Assembly: GCA_951406725.2 (NCBI GenBank)
Contig: OX597839.1
Location: 12,710,001-12,774,000, forward strand
Origin: Octopus vulgaris
Taxonomy: Eukaryota
Length of the DNA stretch: 64,000 nucleotides
Direction of reading: 5' to 3'
Shown: piece by piece, positions 1 to 13,376 of the stretch
Position numbering within the stretch: position 1 is the first letter of the stretch
How the letters are laid out: every line of letters begins with the position of its first letter
Notes under the pieces: generated by a model
What the model was told of the DNA's origin: nothing
Databases searched by the model: none
The model's input: the letters and a program-made list of their open reading frames with translations, nothing else
Program-made: the position numbers and the translations under genes

Positions 1-63
1 TAGAAACAAATAAAAAAAGAAAAACAAATGGGAAAATATGTCTCATCCAAGACATCTTGTTGT

Positions 64-417
64 CTATTCTGATTCACGCTGTGATACAACGCTGGCATCA
101 TAAGGTCTTTCTTGGCCATTGTTGATGAAACCTCCAACCATGCCTTGAGCCAAATTAAAGAGGTTGATTGGAGTGCTTCCATCTGTAATCAATGTAGACT
201 TGATACCAAGAGATTGGAGCAGTTTCATCTGGCTCTCCTGTCCAGACACGGCAATTGCTCTCAGAGTTTCAGTACCAAGACTCTCGATCATACGCTCAAA
301 CATCTTTATTTGAATATCACCCATCTCGGTGGTCTTGTTAACCTCGAGTGAATTCTTCTCAGCAATGTACTTCAGTTCTGCATTGCGGGCTTGAGTGATT
401 TGGGCCAGTTTTGCCTC
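64..417 (-). CDS. MVP: MVP coding exon 14, terminal (EAKLAQITQ...KLLQSLGIKSTLITDGSTPINLF...ESE*)
   Basis: Cap-ring motif LQSLGxKSTLITDGSTPINLF; acceptor ttccttaaag at 418; TAG at 64-66. The summed exons give 2616 nt, an intact 871-aa frame. Confidence 0.95.
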   Translation of the reverse strand, partial: EAKLAQITQARNAELKYIAEKNSLEVNKTTEMGDIQIKMFERMIESLGTETLRAIAVSGQESQMKLLQSLGIKSTLITDGSTPINLFNLAQGMVGGFINNGQERPYDASVVSQRESE

Positions 418-1164
418 CTTTAAGGAAAAAATAATATAAAACAATGAATATCATATACCATACTTAAATTGATTTTATAAGAAATTTAGGTTAAGAGTTC
501 AACTCCATCAAAGACATTATGAACATACAAAAAGCTCCCTCTTCTAACAGATATAATAAAAAATCCCTTTGACCCCTTAACTGTGAAATGAAATTTCATG
601 GTTATTCCAGTAATGATATCAAATATCTACCTGAAAATAGAATTGGTGTTTTCTGAAAATCACATTTCCCTCAATAAACTTGAGATATCATCATCATTTA
701 ACGTCCATCTCCCATGCTGGCATGGGTTGGACAGTTTGACAGGAACCAGCCAGACAGAAGACTGCGCCAGACTTTTGTGTGTGTTTTGGCATGGTTTTTA
801 CAGCTGGATGCCCTTCCTAACACCAACCACCCTGTAAAGTAGACTGAGTGCTTTTTACATGGCACCAGCACAGACAAGGTCAGTTCTGGCATGGTTTTTA
901 CAGCTGGATGCCCTTTCAAATATCAACCACTTTACAGTGTGGACTGGATGCCTTTTATGTAGCAGACAAGGAATTTTTGAGAGGAGAGGTGGGGCATTGG
1001 AGGCGGTGACCTTGTGTCAGATGATGAAAGGTTTGAGTTTGACAGAAACAGGTGTCTTGCTATACATGGTTACCCAGAGAGAGAAAGAGAAAAAAAGAGC
1101 GAGAAGAAGAAAATAGAAAATTACAATTTTTAAATCTCAAATGAGATATTCAGCAACAGTACTT

Positions 1165-1675
1165 TGTAGTAAAGATTGTTTGCCAATATAACATGGCAGT
1201 CCTAGCTTAGAACTAATCTTGCTATAATTTAGCCCCAGGAGACATCGTCTCCAGCTGGCTATATGACACAATCTGTGTCCTTATATTTTCGAACAAGGGG
1301 ATCTAGTAATTACTATTTGAAAATAGTAATTTTCTAATTTATAAATCAGTGACTAGTTGTCACTTTGAAAACTATATATTTCGAATGGGAATTAGCCGAT
1401 TTATAAATCAGTGACCAGTTGTCACTTTGAAAACTATATATTTCAAACAGGAATTAGCCAAACAATTATTCTGTGCTGATGAAGGGAAATAACCCAGGAA
1501 TTGTGATACACAAATATTGTTTTGAGCTGAGTGGGGGTACTAGATTACCTTGTTAAAAAAAATAAGGACACAGATTGTGTCGTATAGCCAGATGATGTCT
1601 CCTGGAGCTAAATTACAGCAACATTAGTCCTAAACCAGGACTGCCATGTTATGTTGGCAAACAATCTTTACTACA
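1165..1675. mobile_element. Element with ~120-bp terminal inverted repeats (TGTAG...CTACA)
   Basis: 1165-1285 is the reverse complement of 1562-1675; internal ~60-bp duplication and a hammerhead-like motif; no TSD seen. Confidence 0.75.
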
Positions 1676-2595
1676 GGAAGAAAATAGTTTCAAATATGAC
1701 ATTCCCCAACAAAAGACTGGTATATAAAACTGCTTTCTGTAGTTAAAGATAATGAGATGAACAATAAATAGAGCTTTTAGATTGAACTATGAATAATGTT
1801 TTTAATAGCTTAGAGGAGGAAAGAGAAGTATCCATTATTGTTTTGTTTTTTTTTGCACTTTTGAGACTGGCAGAAGGAAAGACAGCATTTGTGGCCCTTT
1901 CTGAGCCTCTGAGATTGGTAGAAGGAAGGGAAGCAATTATCCTCAAACCAGAAATCTGTTTGCAACAGAGTTGACTCCAATAAAATACCTCATAACCATG
2001 TGCTGATGTTAAACAGGATGACAGATTAAGTTCACCACCCAAAAACAGGGACTGCCCCTTTGACAGACTTCTCCATAATTTTCTCTCAACCAAATTATAT
2101 TCACAAAGCTTTGACCAACTTGAGACTATATCCTAGAATGCATTTGCCCAAGATGTCTTAACCACACTGCCATATGACAACATATAATTATATACATCAG
2201 AAAACTTCTGGAATGCATCTTGTAAATCATATTCCCTTCGTAGTTATGTCTTAGTTTCAGCATTGCATTTCATGTGTATGAAGGTGAGCTGAAAAGTGTC
2301 TTCAAGTGTCTTGGGGAAATTTTGAACCTGGGTTCTCATTCCTAAGGTATTTTTCAATGTTGTTGTTATTATTATCATTATTATTCAGGTCACTGCCTGG
2401 AATCAAACTCAGAATCTTGGGGTTAGTAGCCAGCGCTCTTAACCACTACGCCATATGCCCGTCAATTGTAAATACTGTAAACAATGTACATAATTCCTCA
2501 TCTCTTAAATATAGAACTGTGATGGTTAGCGTCAGGAAGGGCATCCAGCTGTGGAAACTCCACCTTAATAAATTCATGGGAAAAGTAGATGTTAA

Positions 2596-2811
2596 CCCTT
2601 TAGTGTTCACATTATTCTGCCAAAATGAATCCTTTTTCATCCACATTGAATTAATCAGGCATTATCTTGTAGCTTTGAGATTTTGATGAGGTAGCTGTTA
2701 ATTTTTAAAACGATATTGTAGGGTTGGTGTGAGAGACCAGATCTGGCCAGTTTGAACATAAAACAGGTAGAATATTTTTGGCCGGATATGGCCGGTTTAA
2801 ATGCTAAAGGG
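2596..2811. mobile_element. piggyBac-like MITE
   Basis: TTAA|CCCTTTAG ... CTAAAGGG|TTAA. Confidence 0.8.
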
Positions 2812-2860
2812 TTAAAAAGCAACGATGATGAGGATGATATGTAATAGGTGTAATACTTAC

Positions 2861-3104
2861 CGATTCTATTTTCTCGGCAGCTGTCTTCAATTTCGCTTGT
2901 TCAACAGCAGCTTCACCCTCAATACGAGCAGCTTCTGCTCGTGACTGGGCTTCTGCTTTCGCTTGACCAGTGCTCTCAACAGCTGCACTTTTAGCTTTCA
3001 GTTCCAGAAGTTCACTTCGGGCCACTTCAGCTGTTGCCTCATCATTTAGTTTCTGTTTTTCCATGTTTCCTTTGGCTTCTTGTTCAAGACGTTCAGCCAC
3101 ATGT
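2861..3104 (-). CDS. MVP: MVP coding exon 13, cap helix ([13 protein letters not shown]...[24 protein letters not shown]...IES)
   Basis: VESTGxAKAEA signature; 244 nt, phases 2 to 0. Confidence 0.97.
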
Positions 3105-3155
3105 CTGCAAATTTACATTTTGTGTGATGTATTAGGAAGACTGACTTGACATAAT

Positions 3156-3194
<39 letters not shown>

Positions 3195-4895
3195 TACATA
3201 TATTTAAGGTGGTGAACTGGCAGGATTGTTAGCACACAAGGAAAAATGCTTAATGATATTTCAGTCATCTTTGCTTTCCAAGTTCAAATTCCACAATTCC
3301 AATAAGGTTGACTTTGCCCTTTGGGGTCGATAAAATAAGTACAAGTCAAACTGTCCAACCCATGCCAGCATAGAAAACAAACATTAAACGATGATGATGA
3401 TGATGATATATATATATATATATATATATATACTCTTTTACTTGTTTCAGTCATTTGACTGTGGCCATGCTGGAGCACCGCCTTTAAGTCGAGCAAATCG
3501 ACCCCGAGACTTATTCTTTGCAAGCCCAGTACTTATTCTATCAGTCTCTTTTGCCGAACCGCTAAGTGACGGGGACGTAAACACACCAGCATCGGTTGTC
3601 AAGCAATGCTAGGGGGACAAACACACACACACATATATATATATACATATATACGACAGGCTTCTTTCAGTTTCCGTCTACCAAATCCACTCACAAGGCA
3701 TTGGTCGGCCCGGGGCTATAGCAGAAGACACTTGCCCAAGATGCCACGCAGTGGGACTGAACCCGCAACCATGTGGTTGGTTAGCAAGCTACTTACCACA
3801 CATACATGCTTGACCACAAAATCCACAAGTTTTTTTTATTCTCTCTATTAATTTTCTCTTATTTCTTTCTGTTAAAGAGCATAGGCTCAAAATATAAAAG
3901 ACTTTCTCACTTTTCCAAGCGTCAAACAAATACATCTGTTTGTTGTTCATACACCTCTCTTCATCTTTTGTTTTCTGTAAATTCCAACTATATATATATA
4001 TATATATATATCTTTTGCCATTCAAGTTATTACCCTCTTTCATAAGAGTGGCTGTGTGGTAAGTAGCTTGCTTACCAACCACATCCTTCTGGGTTCAGTT
4101 CCACTGTGTGGCACCTTGAGCAAATGGCCTCTACTATAGCCTCGGGCTGACCAAAGCCTTGTGAGTGGATTTGGTAGATGGAAACTGAAAAGAAGCTCGT
4201 CGTATATGTATATGTGTGTGTGTGTGTGTGTTTGTCCCTCTAACATCGCTTGACAACCAATGCTGGTGTGTTTACGTCCCCGTAACTTAGCAGTTCGGCA
4301 AAAGAGACCGATAGAATAAGTACTAGGCTTACAAAGAATAAGTCCTGGGGTCGTTTGACTCGGCTAAAGGTGGTGCTCCAGCATGGCCATGGTCAAATGA
4401 CTGAAACAAGTAAAAGAGTTATACAAATCACAGGAACAAGTTGAATAATACAATAATTACCATCAAACAACAGGTGTAGTAATAATAATAAATTGGAACA
4501 CTCTTTAGTTATAGTGCTAGTAAATGCATATACAGCTGCATGCGTGTGCACATACACACGAGTGCTGTCCAAATCTCCGACCAATCACATACAGCTAGCT
4601 GGCATTCAATTGGCGTATCAAGTTTCAGGCATTTTGATTGGGTTTTGGATAGAAAATTCACAAAAAAGTCACTTCTATTGATTTTTTAATGGCTTTGCGG
4701 GGTGACTGGGGAAATGTAAAGATGTGCATGACCACCCTTGGACGGTTTTGAATGACCATAGAAAGTGCGAGCTCTCGAACTAAAAAATTGTGGATTTGTA
4801 TAAAGGACACACACGCAGACATTTTGCCGTTTATATATATAGAGATAAATCAGGTTGAACAAAGGATTAAATAAAAGTTGTTCAATGAAACAAAC

Positions 4896-5107
4896 CTAGC
4901 ATTAGCTTCTTGAGAGTTGGTGGTGATCTCAATGGCAAGTTGGACAGATTTCTGGAGGGCATCACGTGTACGCTGGTCAACAGGTTCAACAGACTGGATA
5001 TCAATGTTTGTAATGACAAGGTTGTTCTGTGGGAAAAGGAAGTGCTCACGCACTTTTGCATTTTCAGTGACGCCGAAAACAGAGGCACGAATGATTTTGG
5101 CAGAGTT
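4896..5107 (-). CDS. MVP: MVP coding exon 12 ([12 protein letters not shown]...[31 protein letters not shown])
   Basis: Conserved shoulder and cap-helix start; 212 nt, phases 0 to 2. Confidence 0.97.
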
Positions 5108-5819
5108 CTGAAGCAGAAACAAAGAAAGTTATAAATGTGTGTGTATATATATTCTTTGAGTCTTTTACTTGTTTCAGTCAATTGACTACAGCCATGCTGG
5201 GGCACTGCCTTGAAGAATTTTAATCAAATGAATCAGCCCATGAACTTTTATTATTATTTTTTTGAAACTTGGAACTGTTACCAAACTGCTAAGTTATGGG
5301 AACATAAATACACCAGCACCAGTTGTCAAGTAGTGGTGGGGGACAAACAGACACAAATACACATACGACAGGCTTCTTCCTTGTGAGTGGATTTGGTAGA
5401 CGAAAACTGAAAGAAGCCCGTCATATATACGTGTATGTGTGCGTGTGTATATGTTTGTGTGTCTGTGTTTGCCCCAACATCTCTTGACAACCGATGCTGG
5501 TGTGTTTATGTACCCGTAACTTAGCAGTTTGGCAATATAGACCGATAGAATAAGTACTAGGCTTCCAAAGAATAAATCCTAGGGTTGATTTGCTCGACTA
5601 AAGGTGGTGCTCCAGCATGGCTGCAGTCAAATGACTGAAACAAGTAAAAGAGTAAAGAGTATTTAAAAATTATGATGCTTTGATGCTAGGTGTTTCCATT
5701 ATTTTGTCCAACCCCTATATATAGACATTTAAAAACCATCTACCATCCAGCATTATCATCAGAAGGAGGCCAACTACCAGCACTATGTGAGTTTACTAAG
5801 AAAAACATGTGAACTTCCA

Positions 5820-6256
5820 ATACTAATATCAACATCAAAATAAATATCAAATGGAAATAGTAGTTGTGATACCTATGCCAGTGGCACGTAAAAAGCACCA
5901 TACGAACATGGCCAATGCCAGTGCTGCCTTGACTGGCTCCTGTGCTGGTGGCATGTAAAAAGCACCATCTGAATGTGGCCGATGCCAGCACCACATTAAC
6001 TGGCTTCTGTGCCAGTGGCACATAAAAAGCACCAACCGATCATGGCCGCTGCCAGCCTCCCCTGGCACCTGTGCTGGTGGCACGTAAAAAGCACCCACTA
6101 CACTCACAGAGTGGTTGGCGTTAGGAAGGGCATCCAGCTGTAGAAACACTGCCAGATCAGACTGGAGCCTGGTGCAGCCTCCTGGCTTCCCAGACCCTGG
6201 TCGAACCGTCCAACCCATGCTAGCATAGAAAATGGACATTAAACGATGATGATGAT
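5820..6256 (+). mobile_element. SINE with a Meta-like domain and (GAT)n tail
   Basis: GTTGGCGTTAGGAAGGGCATCCAGCTGTA core. Other copies at about 688-960(-), 8900-9366, 10680-10970, 11840-12060, 34650-34992, 45648-45955(-), 55502-55885(-), 61556-61900(-), 63223-63480(-). Confidence 0.8.
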
Positions 6257-6325
6257 TCTGAAATAGTGATGGTTGCTACTATTCACAAGAATGAGAAGAA
6301 GAAATAAGGTTCGAAAATGTCTAAC

Positions 6326-6470
6326 CTTGTGAAAATCATCAAATTTCACACCAGCTACAGCACCTCGAATCCGAGAAGCTATGGCTTTACAGGCATCTCC
6401 AACAAAATCTGGTACACTGAACAGCATGGCAGCAGTCTCTGGGTCGTTTTTGTCATCGACTTGAAAATGC
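6326..6470 (-). CDS. MVP: MVP coding exon 11, shoulder domain (WHFQVDD...[33 protein letters not shown])
   Basis: Highly conserved SPFH-like shoulder motif; 145 nt, phases 2 to 0. Confidence 0.97.
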
Positions 6471-7267
6471 CTGAAATATCAAACAGTCATATCCCGACAT
6501 CATATTACATACATCAATTCTGAAACACCACTCATGATATCAATTCACCATTACATCTCAACACCATACTCTGACATCATATTCACATAACCACCCCTCT
6601 ACATCCTCCGCAGCATCACATTACTATATAACATTCTTATATCCATTTACTGGAACTTCTGCTTTTACACACACAAATATACTGTAGTATCAGTGCAAGG
6701 CAGTGATAAGAAATAAACTTCAGTTAATGGATATGCAAATATCTTGAAAATATCCCATGGAGAGACACCCATACCCTGGCAAGGTGGTTGGACAGCACCT
6801 GTCCAACCACCCTGTCAGGGATATGGCAAAGTCACGGGACTGCAGTATGGCGGACTATAATGGCGCAGGGGCCCACTTGCCATTGGGAAAGCAGGAAACC
6901 AGGCCAGTCCCCCAGTGTATATAAATATATATATATATTTATATATAGATATGCATATATATGTGTGTGTGCGTGTCTCTAAAGGTAATACTCCAGTATG
7001 GCTGCAGTCAAATGACTGAAACAAGTAAAAGAATAAAAGAACATGTGTGTATGTATATATATATACACAAACACACATGTGTATATATGTATAAATAGAT
7101 CGCTAGCCACTAAACCTTTTTCTATTTTCTTCCCCTGTTTATTTCTGTGTCGCGAAGAGCATAGGCTCGAAATGTAAAAGACTTTCTCACTTCCCAAGCG
7201 TTAAACTAATATATCTGTTGTTTACACACCCATCTTCGTCTTTTGTTCTTTTTTTGTAATTTCTCAC

Positions 7268-7320
<53 letters not shown>

Positions 7321-7345
7321 GGTTTGTATGATTGTGTATAGGGGT

Positions 7346-7715
7346 ATATATATTATTCAAAGAAATTCCAACTCTGTTTTTTATGTTTTATTTATATTCT
7401 TTATAATATTAATGTAGAATATAGAATACATAGTATAAATAATATATATAGAGTATATAGTATAAATAATATATATATTATATATACAGTACATTGAATA
7501 GATGAAATGTTGAATATAAAATATTAGTCCTCTAATATTTTATGTTCAACATTTCATCTATTCAAAAAGACAATCAACACTTCAATTCATTTCATTTTAC
7601 TATATATATATATATTATTTATACTATATGTTCTACATTAATATTATAAAGAATATAAATAAAACATAAAAAACAGAGTTGGAATTTCTTTGAATAATAT
7701 ATATATATATATATA
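7346..7715. repeat. AT-rich foldback with a nested hairpin, within (TA)n
   Basis: 7346-7450 pairs with 7605-7710; inner hairpin at 7494-7564. Confidence 0.85.
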
Positions 7716-7876
7716 TACACACACATATAAATATATACATGCATACACACGCATTCTGCCAGAAATTGAACTCACAAGCTTAAGATCATGAGCTGAATAC
7801 CCTAACCATTAAGCCATGTGCCTTCACTAGCATTACAGTAAGTTTGAAGCATTGGCCCGCATCAATTTCTACTAAC

Positions 7877-8074
7877 CAGTTGTAGGAGACCTGAAGCTGT
7901 AATCGTGCATGGTCAGACGTTTCAACTGTGATGATATCTGTACAGAAATCCGGTCCAAGCAGCAGACATAGAGAACGAATCATGTTAGGTTTCTTGGGTT
8001 TGCCTCCAGATAAGCGCAACTGAGTAAACTGTTCATCAGGTTGAAGCATAACAAGGTCAGGTCCGAAGGTCACT
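7877..8074 (-). CDS. MVP: MVP coding exon 10 (RVTFGPDLV...LCLLLGPDF...[12 protein letters not shown])
   Basis: Conserved LCLLLGPDF and DHARLQL; 198 nt, phases 2 to 2. Confidence 0.97.
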
Positions 8075-8231
8075 CTGTGAAAAATAAATAATATTTGCAT
8101 TAGCATTATACAAAATACTACATGGTATTTGCTTTGGTTCTTTAAATTCTGAGCTCAAATCCTGGGGTCAACTTTGTTTTTTATAATTCGGGAGTGTCAA
8201 TACAATAAAATCCTAGTAAAGTTACTGGGGT

Positions 8232-8531
8232 GGAGACGCAATGGCCCAGTGGTTAGGGCAGCGGACTCACGGTCGGAGGATCGCGGTTTCGATTCCCAGA
8301 CCGGGCGTTGTGTGTGTTTATTGAGCGAAAACACCTAAAGCTCCACGAGGCTCCGGCAGGGGGTGGTGACGACCCCTGTTGTACTCTTTCACCACAACTT
8401 TCTCTCACTCTCTCTTCCTGTTTCTTGAGTAATGCTACGATGGACTGGCATCCCGTCCAGCTGGGGGGAAAACATATGCCACAGAAACCGGGAAACCAGG
8501 ACCATGAGCCTGGCTAGGCTTGAAAAGGGCG
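8232..8531 (+). mobile_element. tRNA-derived SINE with a V-like domain
   Basis: TGGCCCAGTGG A-box, GTTTCGATTCCC B-box, GATGGACTGGCATCCCGTCCAG core. Other copies at about 12440-12680, 22530-22818(-), 33005-33190(-), 45180-45470. Confidence 0.78.
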
Positions 8532-8844
8532 ATGAAAGTTACTGGGACTGTGCAAACGAGAAATTATTATTATTATTAAGTCAGTGAGATGGCAGAACTA
8601 TCCCACGATATAAAATAGTACCACATTAGAGTGAATAGTGTTACATGGAACTGAACTGATTTCTACATGAAACCGAATACATTCACCAATGAATATATTT
8701 CTACAGGTGTGCCTGGATGGTAATATTTGCTTCCCAATGTCTCATTGTGTGACACCTTGGGCAAATGTCTTCTACTATAGCCCCAAGCCATCCAAAGCCT
8801 TGTAAGTAGATATGACAAATGGAAACTGAAAGATGCCCATTGTG

Positions 8845-8890
<46 letters not shown>

Positions 8891-9929
8891 CATATTTTGG
8901 ATGATCGTTACCAGTGTCGCCTTACTGGCACTTGTGCTGGTGGCATGTGAAAAAACATTCAAGCGAGGTCATTGCCAGTGCCGCTGGACTTATTAGCATT
9001 TTCACCAGTGGCACGTAAAAAGCACCATCCGAGCGTGATCGTTACCAGCGTTGCCTTACTGGCACGTGAAAAAACATTTGAATGAGGTCGTTGCCAGTGC
9101 CGCTGGACTGGCTCCTATGCAGGTGGCACATAAAAAACACCATTTGAGCGTGGCCGTTGCCAGTACCGCCTAACTAGCCCTCATGCTGGTGGCACGTAAA
9201 AGCACCCGCTACACTCTTGGAGTGGTTGGCATTAGGCAGGGCATCCAGCTGTAGAAACTCTGCCAGATCAGATTGGAGCCTGGTGCAGCCATCTGGTTCA
9301 CCAGTACTCAGTCAAATCGTCCAACCCATGCTAGCATGGAAAGCAGACGTTAAACGATGATGATGATATTTTGGACTAATGGGTATAAATCGATTAGTGT
9401 GTTTAAGTGTTGAGTACATAGAATAATATAGCAAAGTGAACATTGTATACAGAATAAAATTTAACACCAAATCCATTTTCTCATTACTTAATATATAAGA
9501 GTATGTTTGTTTTGTTTAGTTATCTATATGTACGTATGTGTATATAGATAATGAAACAAAACAAAAAACATCAGCTTTTAGATTTGTATAAAGGCAAAGT
9601 AATTTTCTATAAAATTTATATCTGAGGAGTTTCCATGAATGAGGTGAAAGTGTTAATAAAGAATTATCCAAAATTCTGAGTACTTCCTTTTTCTAAATAA
9701 ATCAAATCTGTACATCACTTCAAACAATATATATATATTTCAGATGACCAGTTTCAATGCCATGTTTGTCAAAAAACCTGCAGGTCACATGCAAGTTTGA
9801 AGTGGTACTTGAACATTCCTAATAGATGAGTGAAAAATGGAGCCAATGCTGAAATGAGACATTGCTGCAGCACGTGACCAGCTCTTCAAATGCCTTTCAG
9901 GGCTCGAAAGATCCCATGCTATGAAGAGG

Positions 9930-10292
9930 TCAAGCTCTGGAGTAATGTTACTCAACAGGATGCATAGCTCGGAGATTAGCAAATCCTCTCCAGGTTGAGT
10001 CACTACTTTCCTGCATTGAGAGTTCATAGCTCTGGTACTACAGACGTGATTAGAATGTTGCAGGGAAAAATTACAAGATAGATTTTTCAAGCCAAGCCAA
10101 CCAGCAGAAGACCTAAGGATGGACTAAGAATGAAATGGCTGGATAATCCATAGCTTCAGTTGGTCATGCTTGAGAATCTAGCCGGTGAGTGAAATGACAG
10201 CTGCTTCTGATAGGACCTTATGGAGAAGGTGCCTGAGGACTCTACCCCTATGACCCTCCCAGAAATAGTGAGCAGAGAAGATGGATGGATGG
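9930..10292 (+). mobile_element. Decayed RTE-like LINE 3' fragment
   Basis: Degenerate RP..R.KWLD motif and a (GATG)n tail ending near the MVP exon 9 donor. Confidence 0.5.
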
Positions 10293-10314
10293 ATATAGAA
10301 GAACAAAAGTTTAC

Positions 10315-10556
10315 CTTGCTTTCTTCTGCTTATAATCATAAATTTGCACAGCTGCATTATGGGGAACTCTATAAGTTACAGCCAATGTCTTATTCCGTTT
10401 CTTATGAGATGAGTCAGAAGATTTAGCTCTGGTACCTCGCTCGGCTAAAGGATCATGTTCCAGGCCAAGCAGATCTTCTACAGCAGATGGTAAATCTTTC
10501 TCCCAAAGTTCTTCATTTTCATTTAATATATATGAGGTTCCACTCACTAATCTCAC
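10315..10556 (-). CDS. MVP: MVP coding exon 9 (VRLVSGTSY...YRVPHNAAVQIYDYKQKKA)
   Basis: VPHNAAVQxYDY signature; 242 nt, phases 0 to 2. Confidence 0.97.
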
Positions 10557-11462
10557 CTGCCACCAAAAAAATCAAAGTTTAGAAATGAGTTGAAAAACAA
10601 ACAAAATGCATATAACGATCATAAGTGTTGTTATTTAGCCCTAGATCAAAGACATTCCAGACATAACATTTATTCAGACATTGAGTCAAGTACATCAACA
10701 TCAAAAAATCAAATGGAAATTGTAGTTGTGATACCTGTGTGGTGGCACATAAAGAGCACCATCTGAACGTGGCCAATTCCATGCCAGTGGCACGTAAAAA
10801 GCACCCACTACACTCACGGAGTGGTTGGCGTTAGGAAGGGCATCCAGCTGTAGAAACACTGCCAGATCAGACTTGAGCCTGGTGCAGCCTCCTGGCTTCC
10901 CAGACCCCGGTCGAACTGTCCAACCCATGCTAGCATGGAAAATGGATGTTAAACGATGATGATGATGATGAATGTGACTAGTACATTATCCTATGTACTT
11001 TTACTTCTTTTTAAGATGGTAGGGTGTGATTTGGCTGCTATTTCTAACAAGTTAAACAGCTGCACTAAAGCTTTCACTGTCTTGCAATGACAGAAAGAGA
11101 TAATTCACAACGTATATATGTGTGTGTCTCTTTATGTATGTATGTATATGTCATGCTTGTGCATATAAACAAGAATATTGTTGACAGTGACTTTGAAGTT
11201 TCAGCCAGCTAAGCCATACGAAAGTATATTGTAACATATCAGATTAAGACAAAATTGTTTAAATTAGTGTTTCAGGATACTCTTTACTCTTTTACTTGTT
11301 TCAGTCATTTGACTGCGGCCATGCTGGAGCACCGCCTTTTAATCGAGCAACTCGACCCTGGGACATATTCTATCGGTCTCTTTTGCCGAACCGCTAAGTG
11401 ACGGGGACATAAACACACCAGCATCGGTTGTCAAGCAATGCTAGGGGGACAAATACAGACAC

Positions 11463-11525
<63 letters not shown>

Positions 11526-13328
11526 TACGACAGGCTTCTTTCAGTTTCCATCTACCAAATCCACTCACAAGGCTTTGGTCGGCCCGAGGCTATAGTAGAA
11601 GACACTTGCCCAAGGTGCCATGCAGTGGGACTGAACCCGGAACCATGTAGTTAGCAAGCAAGCTACTTACCACACAGCCACTCCTGTGCCATTTTATTTT
11701 TTTAAAAATTATTATTATAACTGAACATAAAAATAAACACACACACACACACGTGTGTGTATTGGTGCATTGACCAGACAAAAGTCTGTTGTCATATGCC
11801 ACTGGTCACAATGTACTTTCTCACAGTGCTGCAGCTTTCAAAAGCACCATTTGGGCGTAGCCGTTGCCAGTAAAACCAACTGGCCCTCGTGCTGGTGGCA
11901 TGTAAAAGCACCCACTACACTCTCAGAGTAGTTGGCATTAGGAAGGGCATCCAGCTGCGGAAACTCTGCCAGATCAGATTGGAGTGTGGTTCGTCAGACC
12001 TCTGTCAAATCGTCCAACCCATGCTAGCATGGAAAGTGGGCGTTAAATGATGATGATAAGGATGAAATAAATAGCAGTTGAGCACTGGGGTCTATGCAGC
12101 TGACTTACTCACTCCCTGAAATTGCTGACCTTCTACCAAAATTTGAAACCATTATTAAGTAGATGTTTAAGCTGGCAGAATCATTAGCGTGCCAGATAAA
12201 ATGATTAGTGGCATTTCATGTCTTTACAATTCTGAGTTCAAATTCTGCTGAGGTCAGCTTTGCCTTTCATCCTTTTGGGGTTGATGAAATATGTACCAGT
12301 TGAGTACTGGGGTCAATGTAATTGACTTACCCATTTCCCAGAAATTTCTGGCCTTGTGCCAGAATTTGAAACCAAAAAAGGTAAAAATATGAATATTAAA
12401 ATCATAAATAAATTATGTTTGTACAAAAAAAAAAAAATGTGGAGGCACATGGCTTAGTGGTTAGGGTGTCAGCATCATGATCATAAGATTGTGATTTTGA
12501 TTCCTGGACCGGGCGATGCATTGTGTTCTTGAGCAAAACACTTCATTTCACATTGCTCCAGTCCACTCAGCTGGCAAAAATGAGTAACGCTGCGATGGAT
12601 TGGCTTCCCATCGTACTGGGGAACACATACGCCACGGAAACCGGGCCCATGAGCCTGGCTAGGCTTTAAAAAGGGTGCATTTATTTATTTTTTTGTACTA
12701 AAAATATTAAAATTTTTTTTTAAATAAAAAGATAGGTTCAGAGTTGGAATGCTTATCATAAGTCTGCTCCATCTGGCCATGTTAGAAAGCAACATCAGCA
12801 ACATAAAATACTACACATTATGTGCTCACAACCATGTAACACTCCATACATGACCTCATTACTATATAACACTCAACATGCTATCAGATGATGCATACAG
12901 TACATTTGTATGTAAATGACTTTGAACTAAATAACTGGGCTGGTAACTTTGTTTGTGGTTTCTTCCTGTGTCCTGATTCTGTTTGAGAAAATGATATATT
13001 TATAGAGGATGGTTGCTAACAACAATAAAACTAAGAGCTGACCTAGTACATGGGACAGTAGTAATTTATCAATAGTACAAGTCACTGCATAGCAAACCAA
13101 TCCTACACAACAGCTGACATATAACTTACCTTAGCTCAGTCATGCAAGTAGAAAGATGAGATCAGACACAGCTGTGTGGTAAGAAGCTTGTTTTCCAACC
13201 ACATGGTTTTGGGTTCAGTCCCACTGTGTTGATGTCTTGGGCAAATGTCTTCTCCTATAGACCTAGCCCACCCAGATCTTTGTGAGTAGATTTGGTAGAT
13301 AGAAACTGAAAGAAGCCTTGTCTGTATG

Positions 13329-13376
<48 letters not shown>

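Noticed and set aside
9-14. AATAAA as the MVP poly(A) signal
   Set aside because: It is on the wrong strand; the MVP 3' UTR runs off the window.
8232-8310. tRNA genes at SINE heads (also 24851, 41960, 45180)
   Set aside because: Each continues into a repeated SINE body and lacks a proper acceptor stem.
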